DNA of 64,000 nt from an uncultured Acidimicrobiaceae bacterium (GTDB lineage: Bacteria > Actinomycetota > Acidimicrobiia > Spongiisociales > UBA5794): NCBI GenBank assembly GCA_964416425.1, contig CAYQEC010000002.1:38701-102700 (forward strand). Direction: 5' to 3'. Within the stretch, counting starts at the first letter, position 1; every line of letters starts with the position of its first letter. The position numbers and the translations under genes were made by a program. This document shows positions 8,157 to 16,600 of the stretch, piece after piece. The notes beneath the pieces are model-generated. The model was not told the DNA's origin and searched no databases. It saw nothing but the letters and a program-made list of their open reading frames with translations.

Positions 8157-9308
8157 ATGGATGTAGGCCACGCGTCGTCTGTGTCGGCCGTGCCCCCGGG
8201 GCGACTGCGCACTCCGGCGCGTGCCGCCCTCGTCATCGGCCTCCTCTACCTCTTCCTCGTCGGCGTCGGCCTGCTCGAACGCGGCATCGGGCACCTCGGC
8301 AGCGGATTCACCGACAGCCTGTTCCGCGGGGTGGAGAACCCGTTCGTCGGCCTGCTGGTCGGCATCCTCGCCACGGTCCTGGTGCAGTCCTCCTCGGCGA
8401 CGACGTCCACCATCGTCGGGCTGGTGGCCGCCGGAGTGCTCCCCGTCTCCAACGCAGTCCCCATGGTTATGGGCGCCAACATCGGCACCACCGTCACCAA
8501 CACCATCGTGTCGCTGGCGCACATGCGGCAATCGCGCGAGTTCGAGCTGGCATTCAGCGCCGCCACGATGCACGACTTCTTCAACATCATGGCCGTCGCC
8601 CTGCTGCTCCCACTCGAGCTGGGCACTCACCTGCTGTCGACCCTGGCACGAGACATCGCCCAACTCCTCTCGGGCGGCGCCTCCGGCGGAACCTTCGACA
8701 GCCCCATCAAGGGAGCGGTGACTTGGGGGGTGACCCGCATCGAAACGACCCTCGAGGCGATCGCCGGGAACGCCACCGCCATGGGGGTCCTCGCTCTGGT
8801 CACCGGGGTCGCCCTCGTCTTCGTCACCCTCACCTTCATCACCAAGAACATGCGGTCGCTGGTGGCGAACCGGATCGAGCGCACCCTCAACGCCGCCCTT
8901 CGCCGCAGTGGCATCGTCGGGATCCTGGTCGGGATGATCGTGACGATGGCGGTGCAGTCCTCCAGCATCACCACCTCGATGCTGATCCCACTCGTCGCCT
9001 CCGGGATCCTGGTGTTGCGCAACGCCTACCCGATCACCCTGGGGGCCAATGTGGGGACGACGATCACCGCCCTGCTGGCGGCGCTCGCCACCGGGGAGGT
9101 CGACGCCCTGACCATCGCGCTCACCCACACCCTCTTCAACGTCGCCGCCATCGCCATCATCTATCCGTCGCCCCGGCTTCGCTACCTCCCGGTCACGATG
9201 GCCGAGAAGCTGGCGGTGGTGGCGGTGCACCGCAAACCGATCGCCGTCGCCTACACGTTGGGCATGTTCGTGGTGATACCCCTGCTTGGTATCCTGATTT
9301 TCAGATAG
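8157..9308 (+). CDS. Na+/phosphate cotransporter family protein (NptA/YjbB-like)
   Basis: Duplicated Na/Pi cotransporter motifs QSSSATTSTIVGLVAAG and QSSSITTSMLIPLVASG. Confidence 0.85.
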   Translation: MDVGHASSVSAVPPGRLRTPARAALVIGLLYLFLVGVGLLERGIGHLGSGFTDSLFRGVENPFVGLLVGILATVLVQSSSATTSTIVGLVAAGVLPVSNAVPMVMGANIGTTVTNTIVSLAHMRQSREFELAFSAATMHDFFNIMAVALLLPLELGTHLLSTLARDIAQLLSGGASGGTFDSPIKGAVTWGVTRIETTLEAIAGNATAMGVLALVTGVALVFVTLTFITKNMRSLVANRIERTLNAALRRSGIVGILVGMIVTMAVQSSSITTSMLIPLVASGILVLRNAYPITLGANVGTTITALLAALATGEVDALTIALTHTLFNVAAIAIIYPSPRLRYLPVTMAEKLAVVAVHRKPIAVAYTLGMFVVIPLLGILIFR

Positions 9309-9319
9309 GAGCAATTGAC

Positions 9320-9994
9320 ATGGTGTTCGAGTTCTTCCGTTCCTCGGCCCGTTCCACGCTCCAGGAGGTGGAAGACCGCCTCGCCCAGATGGTGCGTGAC
9401 GGGAGAACCGTCTATGACGCCGCCATGGCCGCGGTCTTCGGGGGAGGTGCCTCCAAGGCCGCCAAGCACGAGGTCAAAGGCACCGACAAGGGCATCAACG
9501 TCGCCCAGCAGGAGGTGCGTAAGGCCCTCGTCATCCACGCCTCGGTGGCCGGCCCCGTCGACGTTCCCGAGACCCTCGTCTACATGAGCGTGGTCAAGGA
9601 CGCCGAGCGGATCGGCGACTACGCCAAGAACATCTACGACCTCGCCAAGTACGGGGCCGACTTCACCTCCGCCCCGGACCGGGAGGAGCTGGAGTCTTAC
9701 CGGGACAGCGTCGGGCGGCTCATCGACGAGGCGGCGGCGGTGTTCGAATCCCGCGACATCGCGCGGGCCCAGGAGCTGATCGCCAAGGCCGACGCCCTGC
9801 TCGACGAGTACGACGACCACGTCAAGGCGGCGTTCACCTCCACCGGGCCCGCCTCCGACGCGGTGGCCCGGGCGCTCTTCTACCGGTTCCTGAAGCGGAT
9901 CACCGCCCACGTCATGAACCTCATGACGTCGATCGTGTTTCCCATCCACCGCCTCGACTACTACGACGAGGCCAAGGAGGATCGGGTCTGGTGA
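9320..9994 (+). CDS. PhoU-domain protein, accessory to the Na/Pi cotransporter
   Basis: ATG 9320 starts 12 nt after the transporter stop; helical PhoU-like repeats (KDAERIGDYAKNIYDLAKYG); the long track ORF 7892..9994 is read-through of non-coding frames upstream. Confidence 0.8.
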   Translation: MVFEFFRSSARSTLQEVEDRLAQMVRDGRTVYDAAMAAVFGGGASKAAKHEVKGTDKGINVAQQEVRKALVIHASVAGPVDVPETLVYMSVVKDAERIGDYAKNIYDLAKYGADFTSAPDREELESYRDSVGRLIDEAAAVFESRDIARAQELIAKADALLDEYDDHVKAAFTSTGPASDAVARALFYRFLKRITAHVMNLMTSIVFPIHRLDYYDEAKEDRVW

Positions 9995-10047
9995 GTGGTG
10001 CCCGGCGGCGACGGCCGGGTAGCCTCGGGACGACCAACCGGGGAGCC

Positions 10048-11913
10048 ATGAGGAGACCGCTCAGCATCCGCAACGCCCAACGCTTCGGCCGGGGACGCCT
10101 CGACGACGCCTACCGCTACCTCGGCGCCCACCTCACCGCCAAGGGGGCCCGCTTTGCGGTGTGGGCCCCCACCGCCCGTCAGGTGTCCGTCATCGGCGAC
10201 TTCAACGATTGGGACCGCAAGCACGGTGTGCTCGAAGCGGGACCGGGCGGGGTGTGGTGGGGATACGTGCCCGGGGCGAAGACCGGCGACGCCTACCGCT
10301 ACCGCATCCGCACCCGGCGCGGACCGGTGGTGGAGAAATCCGACCCCTACGCCTTTGCCACCGAGGTGCCGCCGCAGCACTCCTCGCTGGTGTGGGACCT
10401 CGGCTACCAATGGTCCGACCGCGACTGGATGGAGCAGCGGCGCCGGGGCCACGACCCCGACGGCCCGCTCGACATCTACGAGATCCACGTCGGGTCGTGG
10501 ATGAAGAAGCGCCCCTCCGAGTCGTACTCCTACCGGGAGCTGGCTCCCCGCCTCGTCGACTACGTCACCGACCTCGGCTTCACCCACGTCGAGTTCCTTC
10601 CCGTCACCGGGCACCCCTACTACCCGTCGTGGGGCTACCAGACGACCGGCTACTTCGCCCCCACCTCCCGCTACGGCGACCCCCAGGACTTCATGTACCT
10701 GGTGGACCAGCTCCACCTAGCCGGGATCGGGGTCATCCTCGATTGGGTCCCGTCCCATTTCGCCGGTGACGAGCACGCCCTGCTCACCTTCGACGGCACC
10801 GCCCTCTACGAGCATCCCGACCCGCGACGGGGATGGCACCCCGACTGGCACAGCGCCATCTTCAACTACGGGCGGCCCGAGGTACGCAGCTTCCTCACCT
10901 CCAGCGCCAGCTTCTGGCTCGATCGCTACCACGTCGATGGGATCCGGGTCGACGCGGTGGCGTCGATGCTCTACCTCGACTACTCCCGCGAGGACGGGGA
11001 GTGGGAGCCGAACGTCCACGGGGGGCGGGAGCATCTCGAGGCGATCGACTTCCTGCGTGACCTGAACCCGACGGTGCTGTCCGGCAACCCCGGCACCTTC
11101 ACCGTCGCCGAGGAGTCGACCGCCTGGCCCCGGGTGTCGCGTCCGGTCGAGGAAGGGGGCCTCGGGTTCGTCTACAAGTGGGACCTGGGATGGATGAACG
11201 ACACCCTCTCCTACCTGTCGCACTGGCCCGAGTACCGGACGATGCACCAGGACGAGCTGACGTTCCGCATGTTGTATGCCTACAACGAGAACTTCATCCT
11301 TCCGTTCTCCCACGACGAGGTGGTGCACGCCAAGGGGTCGATGATCCGCAAGATGTCGGGGCGGGGCGCCTGGTCCTTCGACGACCTGCGCGCCCTCTAC
11401 GGCTACATGTACGGCCTCCCCGGCAAGAAGCTGCTGTTCATGGGTGACGAGTTCGCCCAGCGTTCCGAGTGGAACCACGACGCCTCGCTCGACTGGCGGC
11501 TGCTGCGCCAGCCGCGTCATCAGGGCATGCAGCGCTGGGTGCGGGACCTCAACCACGTGTACCGGGAGCACCCGGCGTTGTGGGCGCGCGACCAGGACCA
11601 GGCCGGTTTCGGATGGATCGACACCGGCCACCAGACCGGCATCGTCGCCTTCAACCGCTACGGGCACGGCACCCAGATGGTCGTCGTCTGCAACTTCACC
11701 GGGCAGGCCCGCAAGTCGCACCGCATCGGCGTCGGCGCCGTCGGCGAGTGGGAGGTAGTGCTCAACTCCGACGCGCGGCGCTACGGGGGGCAGGGTCGGG
11801 GACCGCGGGGGCGGGTCGCCACCCGGGCCGTCGCCGCCTACGGCCGTCCCCAATCACTCCAGTTCAGCATCCCGCCGCTCGGCACCATCTTCCTCCAGCC
11901 GGCTGGCGATTGA
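10048..11913 (+). CDS. glgB: 1,4-alpha-glucan branching enzyme
   Basis: GH13 branching-enzyme motifs (DWVPSHF, GIRVDAVASMLY, GWMNDTL, HDEVVHAKGS); SD GGGGAG before ATG 10048; stop TGA 11911-11913. Confidence 0.9.
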   Translation: MRRPLSIRNAQRFGRGRLDDAYRYLGAHLTAKGARFAVWAPTARQVSVIGDFNDWDRKHGVLEAGPGGVWWGYVPGAKTGDAYRYRIRTRRGPVVEKSDPYAFATEVPPQHSSLVWDLGYQWSDRDWMEQRRRGHDPDGPLDIYEIHVGSWMKKRPSESYSYRELAPRLVDYVTDLGFTHVEFLPVTGHPYYPSWGYQTTGYFAPTSRYGDPQDFMYLVDQLHLAGIGVILDWVPSHFAGDEHALLTFDGTALYEHPDPRRGWHPDWHSAIFNYGRPEVRSFLTSSASFWLDRYHVDGIRVDAVASMLYLDYSREDGEWEPNVHGGREHLEAIDFLRDLNPTVLSGNPGTFTVAEESTAWPRVSRPVEEGGLGFVYKWDLGWMNDTLSYLSHWPEYRTMHQDELTFRMLYAYNENFILPFSHDEVVHAKGSMIRKMSGRGAWSFDDLRALYGYMYGLPGKKLLFMGDEFAQRSEWNHDASLDWRLLRQPRHQGMQRWVRDLNHVYREHPALWARDQDQAGFGWIDTGHQTGIVAFNRYGHGTQMVVVCNFTGQARKSHRIGVGAVGEWEVVLNSDARRYGGQGRGPRGRVATRAVAAYGRPQSLQFSIPPLGTIFLQPAGD

Positions 11914-11971
11914 ACGATCGGGCACCGGGCGAGACAACGCGAGGTCAGGCAGGCCCCCCAAAAAACGGTCC

Positions 11972-11998
11972 TTGAGTTCCTGACTCCGCGTCTATAGT
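11972..11998 (+). promoter_or_regulatory. promoter-like element TTGAGT - 15/16 nt - TATAGT in the glgB 3' region
   Basis: -35 TTGAGT 11972-11977, -10 TATAGT 11993-11998; the only AT-rich hexamers in this spacer. Confidence 0.35.
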
Positions 11999-12004
11999 TA
12001 GTTG

Positions 12005-12180
12005 GGCACGGTCAAGGGAGGGAATGGGCGAAGACAGCCGTCTTCGCCGAGCGGTGAGAGACCGGCGCCCGCCGCGGGTAGGAACCGGCAGGGCCAGGGT
12101 GAGGCGGAAGAGCTCCACCCCCGACCTGCACCTCCCACGTCGGAGGAATGAGAAGGGCGGCCTCCGGGCCGCCTTTCTCG
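12005..12180 (+). ncRNA. candidate small RNA (about 175 nt) bounded by the promoter-like element and an intrinsic terminator
   Basis: Predicted start about 12005; 5' hairpin GGCGAAGAC-agcc-GTCTTCGCC 12027-12048; C-rich loops (CCACCCCC, CACCTCCC) around 12095-12135; terminator GGGCGGCC-tccg-GGCCGCC + TTTCTC 12155-12179; the region lies between convergent genes. Confidence 0.3.
12155..12179 (+). terminator. bidirectional intrinsic terminator between the convergent glgB region and tam
   Basis: 7-8 bp GC stem with tccg loop, T-tract on + strand and TTCTCATTCC on the minus strand. Confidence 0.55.
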
Positions 12181-12205
12181 CGCCGGCGCCGCCGACCCGT
12201 GCCGC

Positions 12206-13018
12206 CTACCGGGCAGCGACCAGGAACAGGCGCGGGAACGGAAACAGGGTGACGCCACTCGGTCGCGGTGGGTACGCCTTCGCCAGGGCGGGGCGGTAGG
12301 CGGCGAAGAAGCGTTCCAACTCGGCGTCGTCGAGCTGCTCCAGCACCGGCAGCAGCGCCGTCCCCTTCACCCACTCCAGCGCCGCATCTGGCCCCTCCAG
12401 CACCTGGAGGTAGCGGGTCTCCCAGATGTCGAGGCGGCGCACGAGTGGCGCCAGCAGATCGTGGTACCAGGCCGCCTCGTGCACCGGGCACCGGTTGATC
12501 CGCGTCCTGAGACCGTCGGGGCCCAGGGGCCGTCCCCCTTCGCCGCCGGTGGCGAGCACCTCCCGGATGAGTCGGTGCGAAGGCTCCCCCCACGACAGCG
12601 GCATCTGGATCGCCAGCACACCCCGGTCGGCGAGGGAGCCCACCACGCGGGGAAACAGGTCGTCGTGGCCGTCGACCCAGTGCAACATCGCGTTGGCGTA
12701 GACGACGTCGGGCGGCTCGGGAGGATCCCAATCTCGCACGTCGAGGCGGCGCCACTCCACGGTGCTGGGTACCGCGGCGGCCTGCTCCAGCATCTCGGCG
12801 GAGAGATCGGAGCCGATCACCCTCGCCTCGGGCCAGCGCTCCGCCATGAGCCGGGCCATCTCCCCGGTCCCGCATCCGACGTCGTGGATGAGGCGAGGGG
12901 CCGCATGATCGACCCGGGCGAGCAGCTCCTGCGCCGGCCGTAGCCGGTGCCCGGTGAATCGGTGGTACTGGTCGGGATCCCACGTCGGGTCACCCGCCTC
13001 GTGCTGGTCTCGAGCCAT
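12206..13018 (-). CDS. tam: trans-aconitate 2-methyltransferase
   Basis: SAM motif I VGCGTGEMARLMAERWP and Tam-family C-terminus (RYLQVLEGPDAALEWVKGTALLP). Confidence 0.8.
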   Translation of the reverse strand: MARDQHEAGDPTWDPDQYHRFTGHRLRPAQELLARVDHAAPRLIHDVGCGTGEMARLMAERWPEARVIGSDLSAEMLEQAAAVPSTVEWRRLDVRDWDPPEPPDVVYANAMLHWVDGHDDLFPRVVGSLADRGVLAIQMPLSWGEPSHRLIREVLATGGEGGRPLGPDGLRTRINRCPVHEAAWYHDLLAPLVRRLDIWETRYLQVLEGPDAALEWVKGTALLPVLEQLDDAELERFFAAYRPALAKAYPPRPSGVTLFPFPRLFLVAAR

Positions 13019-13049
13019 CCCTGCTCCGGATCGGGGCTCGGAGGGTAGC

Positions 13050-13817
13050 TCAGCGCCGCGTCCGTCCCGGGACCGGCGGCTGGCCGATCATCTCGATGTC
13101 CTGGGAGCCGCAGGTGCGGCATCGTAGCGTCGAGCCGCCCCACGGACCTGGGGCGGCGCCGGGCGCCATCGTTGCCGGCTGAGGCGGCGCCGCGGCGTGG
13201 CCTCGCGGCGGCATCTTGGTGGAGGTCGTGGTGAGGGTGCTGCGGACCGTGAGGTCGGCGCCACAGGCCGCACAGAAGTTGGCCTTCCGGTGATGCGTCG
13301 CCCCACAGCGCGGGCAATCGAGCCAGTCCTTTGGGTCGTTCTCCACCGGACCGAACGGCATCAGCTCGGCGCGGGCCTGCTGTTTGCTCTCCTCCTCGCT
13401 CGGCACGAACAGGAAGGCAGGCTCCAGCGGCTCGGCCGGCATGATGTTGCGGGCGTAGGTCGTCACCGGATGGACGTCGCCGATGGCGTCGAGGTCGAAG
13501 AGGCCGACGTTGTGGGACTCGGCGAGGGTCTTGGCTCCCCCCGAGAACCCGGTGACGGAGAACAGCAGGCAGTGGAGGTGCTCCCGTTCCTCGTGACGCT
13601 CGGCGACGGCCTTGAGCAGGGCGAGGACCGCCGACTGGGCCAGCCGTGACCGGTCGACCTTGATGCGGGCCACCAGAGCGCCGCTTCGAAGCTCGACGAC
13701 GCCGTCGACCGGTTCGCTGATCGACTCCGGCGTCGCCCCGATGTGGTCGAGCCAGCGGTGAGCAACGTGGTACGCCTCGGTCAGGCCGAGCGTCGGCGTG
13801 CGGTACTGGCCCATCAC
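13050..13817 (-). CDS. restriction-endonuclease-fold (Mrr_cat-like) protein with C-terminal double zinc ribbon
   Basis: N-terminal VDGVVELRSGALVARIKVDR / TGFSGGAKTLAESHNVGLFDLD resembles a PD-(D/E)xK Mrr catalytic core; C-terminal CPRCG..(11)..CAACG and CRTCG cysteine pairs. Confidence 0.55.
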   Translation of the reverse strand: MMGQYRTPTLGLTEAYHVAHRWLDHIGATPESISEPVDGVVELRSGALVARIKVDRSRLAQSAVLALLKAVAERHEEREHLHCLLFSVTGFSGGAKTLAESHNVGLFDLDAIGDVHPVTTYARNIMPAEPLEPAFLFVPSEEESKQQARAELMPFGPVENDPKDWLDCPRCGATHHRKANFCAACGADLTVRSTLTTTSTKMPPRGHAAAPPQPATMAPGAAPGPWGGSTLRCRTCGSQDIEMIGQPPVPGRTRR

Positions 13818-13842
13818 GAATTCCTCGTCACGTTGCTCCGAC

Positions 13843-14826
13843 CTACCTCTCCGGCGGCGATTCCCCTGGTATCGGCGGGGGGCAGGGGGGACCTGAGGCC
13901 ATCGTCCCCGCTGCGCTCGCTCCGCGCCGCGGGACCGAGTGGTCCCAGTCGGCGAGCAGGGTGCGCAGCGCGGCCACGAAGGCGAGCGGCTGGTCGAGGA
14001 GGAGGTGGTGGTGCGCCTCGGGGATCGACACCAGCGGGGCGTTGCGGCCCAGCAGGTCGTACATGTACTCCGCCGTGTCCGGGGGCACCACCACGCTGTA
14101 CTCGCCGCGGAGGAGAGCGATACGGCACTGCACGCTGGCGAGCTGCTCCCGGAGCGGGATCAGGGTATGGGCGAAGAGATGCGGGTCGAACTTCCACGTC
14201 CAACCCTCCGGAGTCTCGTGCAGGGAGTGGCGGGCGACGTGATCGAGGAGGAAGCCGTTCTCACAGGGCTGGGGCGGGATCAGGTGGAAATGCTGCAGCG
14301 CCGTCTCCAGATCCGGGTAGACCCCGGGGGAGCGAAAGGCCCGGCCCCGGGCGGCCTCCTCCGACTCCGGGTCGGGGCGGCGCACCGGCGAGTCGACGGC
14401 GACGGCGCCGGCGAGGCGGGAGCCGTGCTGCGACGCCGCCTGGATCACCACCATGCCGCCGAGGCTGTGCCCCACCACCACCGGCGGGCCGGGGAAGCCG
14501 GCGTCGTGGGCCACCCCGAGCACCTCGCAGGCCCACGCCTCGTGCGAGTAGTCGTCACGCCGGCCGCTGTCGCCGTGGCCGGAGAGGTCGAGGGCGACGA
14601 CGTGCCAGTCGGAGGCGAACATCGGCGCCAGGAACGTCCACCAATGGAGATGGGCGGCCCCCCCATGGATGAGCACCAGGCCGGGGGCGCCCCGGTTCCC
14701 CCAGTCCGCGTAGTGGATCGAAACCCCGCCGACGGGGATCCACCGCTCCTCGTAAGGGGCGGCGAGGGCGCGCCGGAACCAGTCGGGCGGGGCGGCGGAG
14801 ATCGTCGGAGCGTCCATCGCCGTCAC
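13843..14826 (-). CDS. alpha/beta hydrolase
   Basis: HGGAAHLHWW oxyanion region and nucleophile elbow GHSLGG; start GTG 14826 / ATG 14817, overlapping the upstream stop. Confidence 0.8.
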   Translation of the reverse strand: MTAMDAPTISAAPPDWFRRALAAPYEERWIPVGGVSIHYADWGNRGAPGLVLIHGGAAHLHWWTFLAPMFASDWHVVALDLSGHGDSGRRDDYSHEAWACEVLGVAHDAGFPGPPVVVGHSLGGMVVIQAASQHGSRLAGAVAVDSPVRRPDPESEEAARGRAFRSPGVYPDLETALQHFHLIPPQPCENGFLLDHVARHSLHETPEGWTWKFDPHLFAHTLIPLREQLASVQCRIALLRGEYSVVVPPDTAEYMYDLLGRNAPLVSIPEAHHHLLLDQPLAFVAALRTLLADWDHSVPRRGASAAGTMASGPPCPPPIPGESPPER

Positions 14827-16514
14827 CCGGCCGCGATCTCGTCGGGAAGCGGGAACCAGCGGAGGTGCTCAAAATCCTCGGTGACGTCCGGCGTCCCCAG
14901 CGGCGGCGGGGGTGGGGCCGCTCCCGCCTCGGTCAGGATGCGGCGCCCCTCCGCCAGGTAGGCGGCGAGGGCGGCGTCGCCGTGGCGGGGGTGATCACGG
15001 TGGGGGTAGGACATTTCCCCGCCGGCGTAGCCGACGGAGTGCAGACTGAGCGGCGGCTCCGCCGCCGGCTCCCGGTGCCGCCAGAGGGCGGTCGCCGGGT
15101 CGAAGCGGTAGTAGGGGAGCAGCTTCCATCCCTCGGTGGCGACGAGATGGACCGCCTCGAGGATGAAGTCGAACACCTCCTCGGAGATGAAGTAGTTGAA
15201 GTTGACCCGCACCCAGCCCGGCTTGATGCCTTCGCAACCGCGGGCGATCTCCCGCTCGAAGCGGTAGGAGCGCTCGAGGTCGATGCCGAGGAGGCGATGC
15301 CCGTAGGGGCCGGCGCAGGAGCAGCCGCCTCGGGACTGGATGCCGAAGAGGTCGTTGAGCAGCGCCACCACATAGTTGTGGTGGAGGTAGCGGGAGCCGT
15401 GGCGGACCACGAACGACACGATCGAGAGCCGGTCGGCGTCGCGGTTGCCGAGGATCTCGATGGCGGGATTCCGCGACCAGGAGGCGACGGCACGGGAGAT
15501 GAACGACGCTTCCCGGGCCCGGATCGCCTCCACCCCGACGGCCTGCTTGAGCTGGAACACGAGTCCGGCCCGGATCGACTCGATGATCCCCGGGGTGCCT
15601 CCCTCCTCCCGGCGCTCGACGTCGTCGAGGTAGCGGTGTCCGAACGGGTTGACGTAGGCGACGGTGCCGCCGCCCGGCACCGCAGGCACCCGGTTGGTGA
15701 ACAGCTCGCGGCGGGCCACCAGAACCCCGGGTGTGCCCGGACCCCCGATGAGCTTGTGGGGGGAGAGGAAGATGGCGTCGAGCCGGGCGAGGTCACCGTT
15801 GCCCGGATGCATCGACACCTCGACGTAGGGGGCTGCCGCGGCATAGTCCCAGAAGGAGAGGGCGCCGTAGAGATGGAGCAGCGTCGACACCGCGGCGACG
15901 TCGGTGAGGATCCCGGTGACGTTGGAGGCGGCCGAGAACGACCCGATCAGGAGGGGACGCTCCCGGTAGCGGGAGAGCTCCTCCTCGAGGTGGTGCAGGT
16001 CGACGTGCCCGTCGGCGTCCTCCTGGATCGTCACCACGTCGGCGATCGATTCCCGCCACGGGAGCTCGTTGGAGTGGTGCTCGTAGGGTCCGACGAACAC
16101 GACCGGTCGCTGCTCGGCCGGGATGTGGTCGGAGAGCCGGTAGCGGTCCTCGAGGTTGCTCGGGAGCCGGATGCCGAGCACGTCGATGAGGCGGTCGACG
16201 GCTCCGGTCATCCCCGAGCCGCAGAAGAGCACGGCGTGGTCGGGACCGGCGCCGACGCACTGCCTGATGATGTCGCGGGCTTCCTCCCGGAACCGGGTGG
16301 TCTGGAGGCCGGTGCCGGAGGATTCGGTGTGGGTGTTGGCGTAGAAGGGCATCACGACGTCGCGGATGAAGTCCTCGATGAAGGTGAGGGAACGCCCCGA
16401 GGCGGTGTAGTCGGCATAGGTGACCTTGCGGGGGCCGAACGGGCCGTCGACCACCTCGTCGCTCCCGATGAGGGAGCTACGGATCGTCTCGATCAGCTTC
16501 TCGGAGGCCTCCAT
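14823..16514 (-). CDS. aminotransferase class V-fold PLP-dependent enzyme (cysteine-desulfurase-like, long form)
   Basis: MEASEKLIETIRS..., PLP lysine region SPHKLIGGPGTPGVL, HHSNELPW; the upstream part of the 737-aa track ORF is low-complexity read-through. Confidence 0.8.
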   Translation of the reverse strand: MEASEKLIETIRSSLIGSDEVVDGPFGPRKVTYADYTASGRSLTFIEDFIRDVVMPFYANTHTESSGTGLQTTRFREEARDIIRQCVGAGPDHAVLFCGSGMTGAVDRLIDVLGIRLPSNLEDRYRLSDHIPAEQRPVVFVGPYEHHSNELPWRESIADVVTIQEDADGHVDLHHLEEELSRYRERPLLIGSFSAASNVTGILTDVAAVSTLLHLYGALSFWDYAAAAPYVEVSMHPGNGDLARLDAIFLSPHKLIGGPGTPGVLVARRELFTNRVPAVPGGGTVAYVNPFGHRYLDDVERREEGGTPGIIESIRAGLVFQLKQAVGVEAIRAREASFISRAVASWSRNPAIEILGNRDADRLSIVSFVVRHGSRYLHHNYVVALLNDLFGIQSRGGCSCAGPYGHRLLGIDLERSYRFEREIARGCEGIKPGWVRVNFNYFISEEVFDFILEAVHLVATEGWKLLPYYRFDPATALWRHREPAAEPPLSLHSVGYAGGEMSYPHRDHPRHGDAALAAYLAEGRRILTEAGAAPPPPPLGTPDVTEDFEHLRWFPLPDEIAAG

Positions 16515-16600
16515 GCCCCCGATGCTAGGAGCCGCCCGTCTCACCCGTCGCGAGGCCGGCTGCATGGTTCTGCTGGGCCTCGGCACATGGTTTGGCGGAT

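Noticed and set aside
7892-9994. 700-aa + strand ORF
   Set aside because: Only the last 225 aa (from ATG 9320) form a PhoU-like protein; the upstream part overlaps the LLM and Na/Pi transporter genes and is an open non-coding frame
12040-12110. Possible cobalamin riboswitch (GAGACCGGC resembles the B12-box core)
   Set aside because: Other conserved B12-riboswitch elements are not recognisable, and no gene lies downstream on either strand (convergent spacer)
12024-12299. 91-aa Arg-rich ORF with SD-like AAGGGAGGGA
   Set aside because: Reads through the terminator hairpin and is extremely Arg-rich; the region is better explained as RNA (candidate sRNA); the SD-like sequence is kept in mind only
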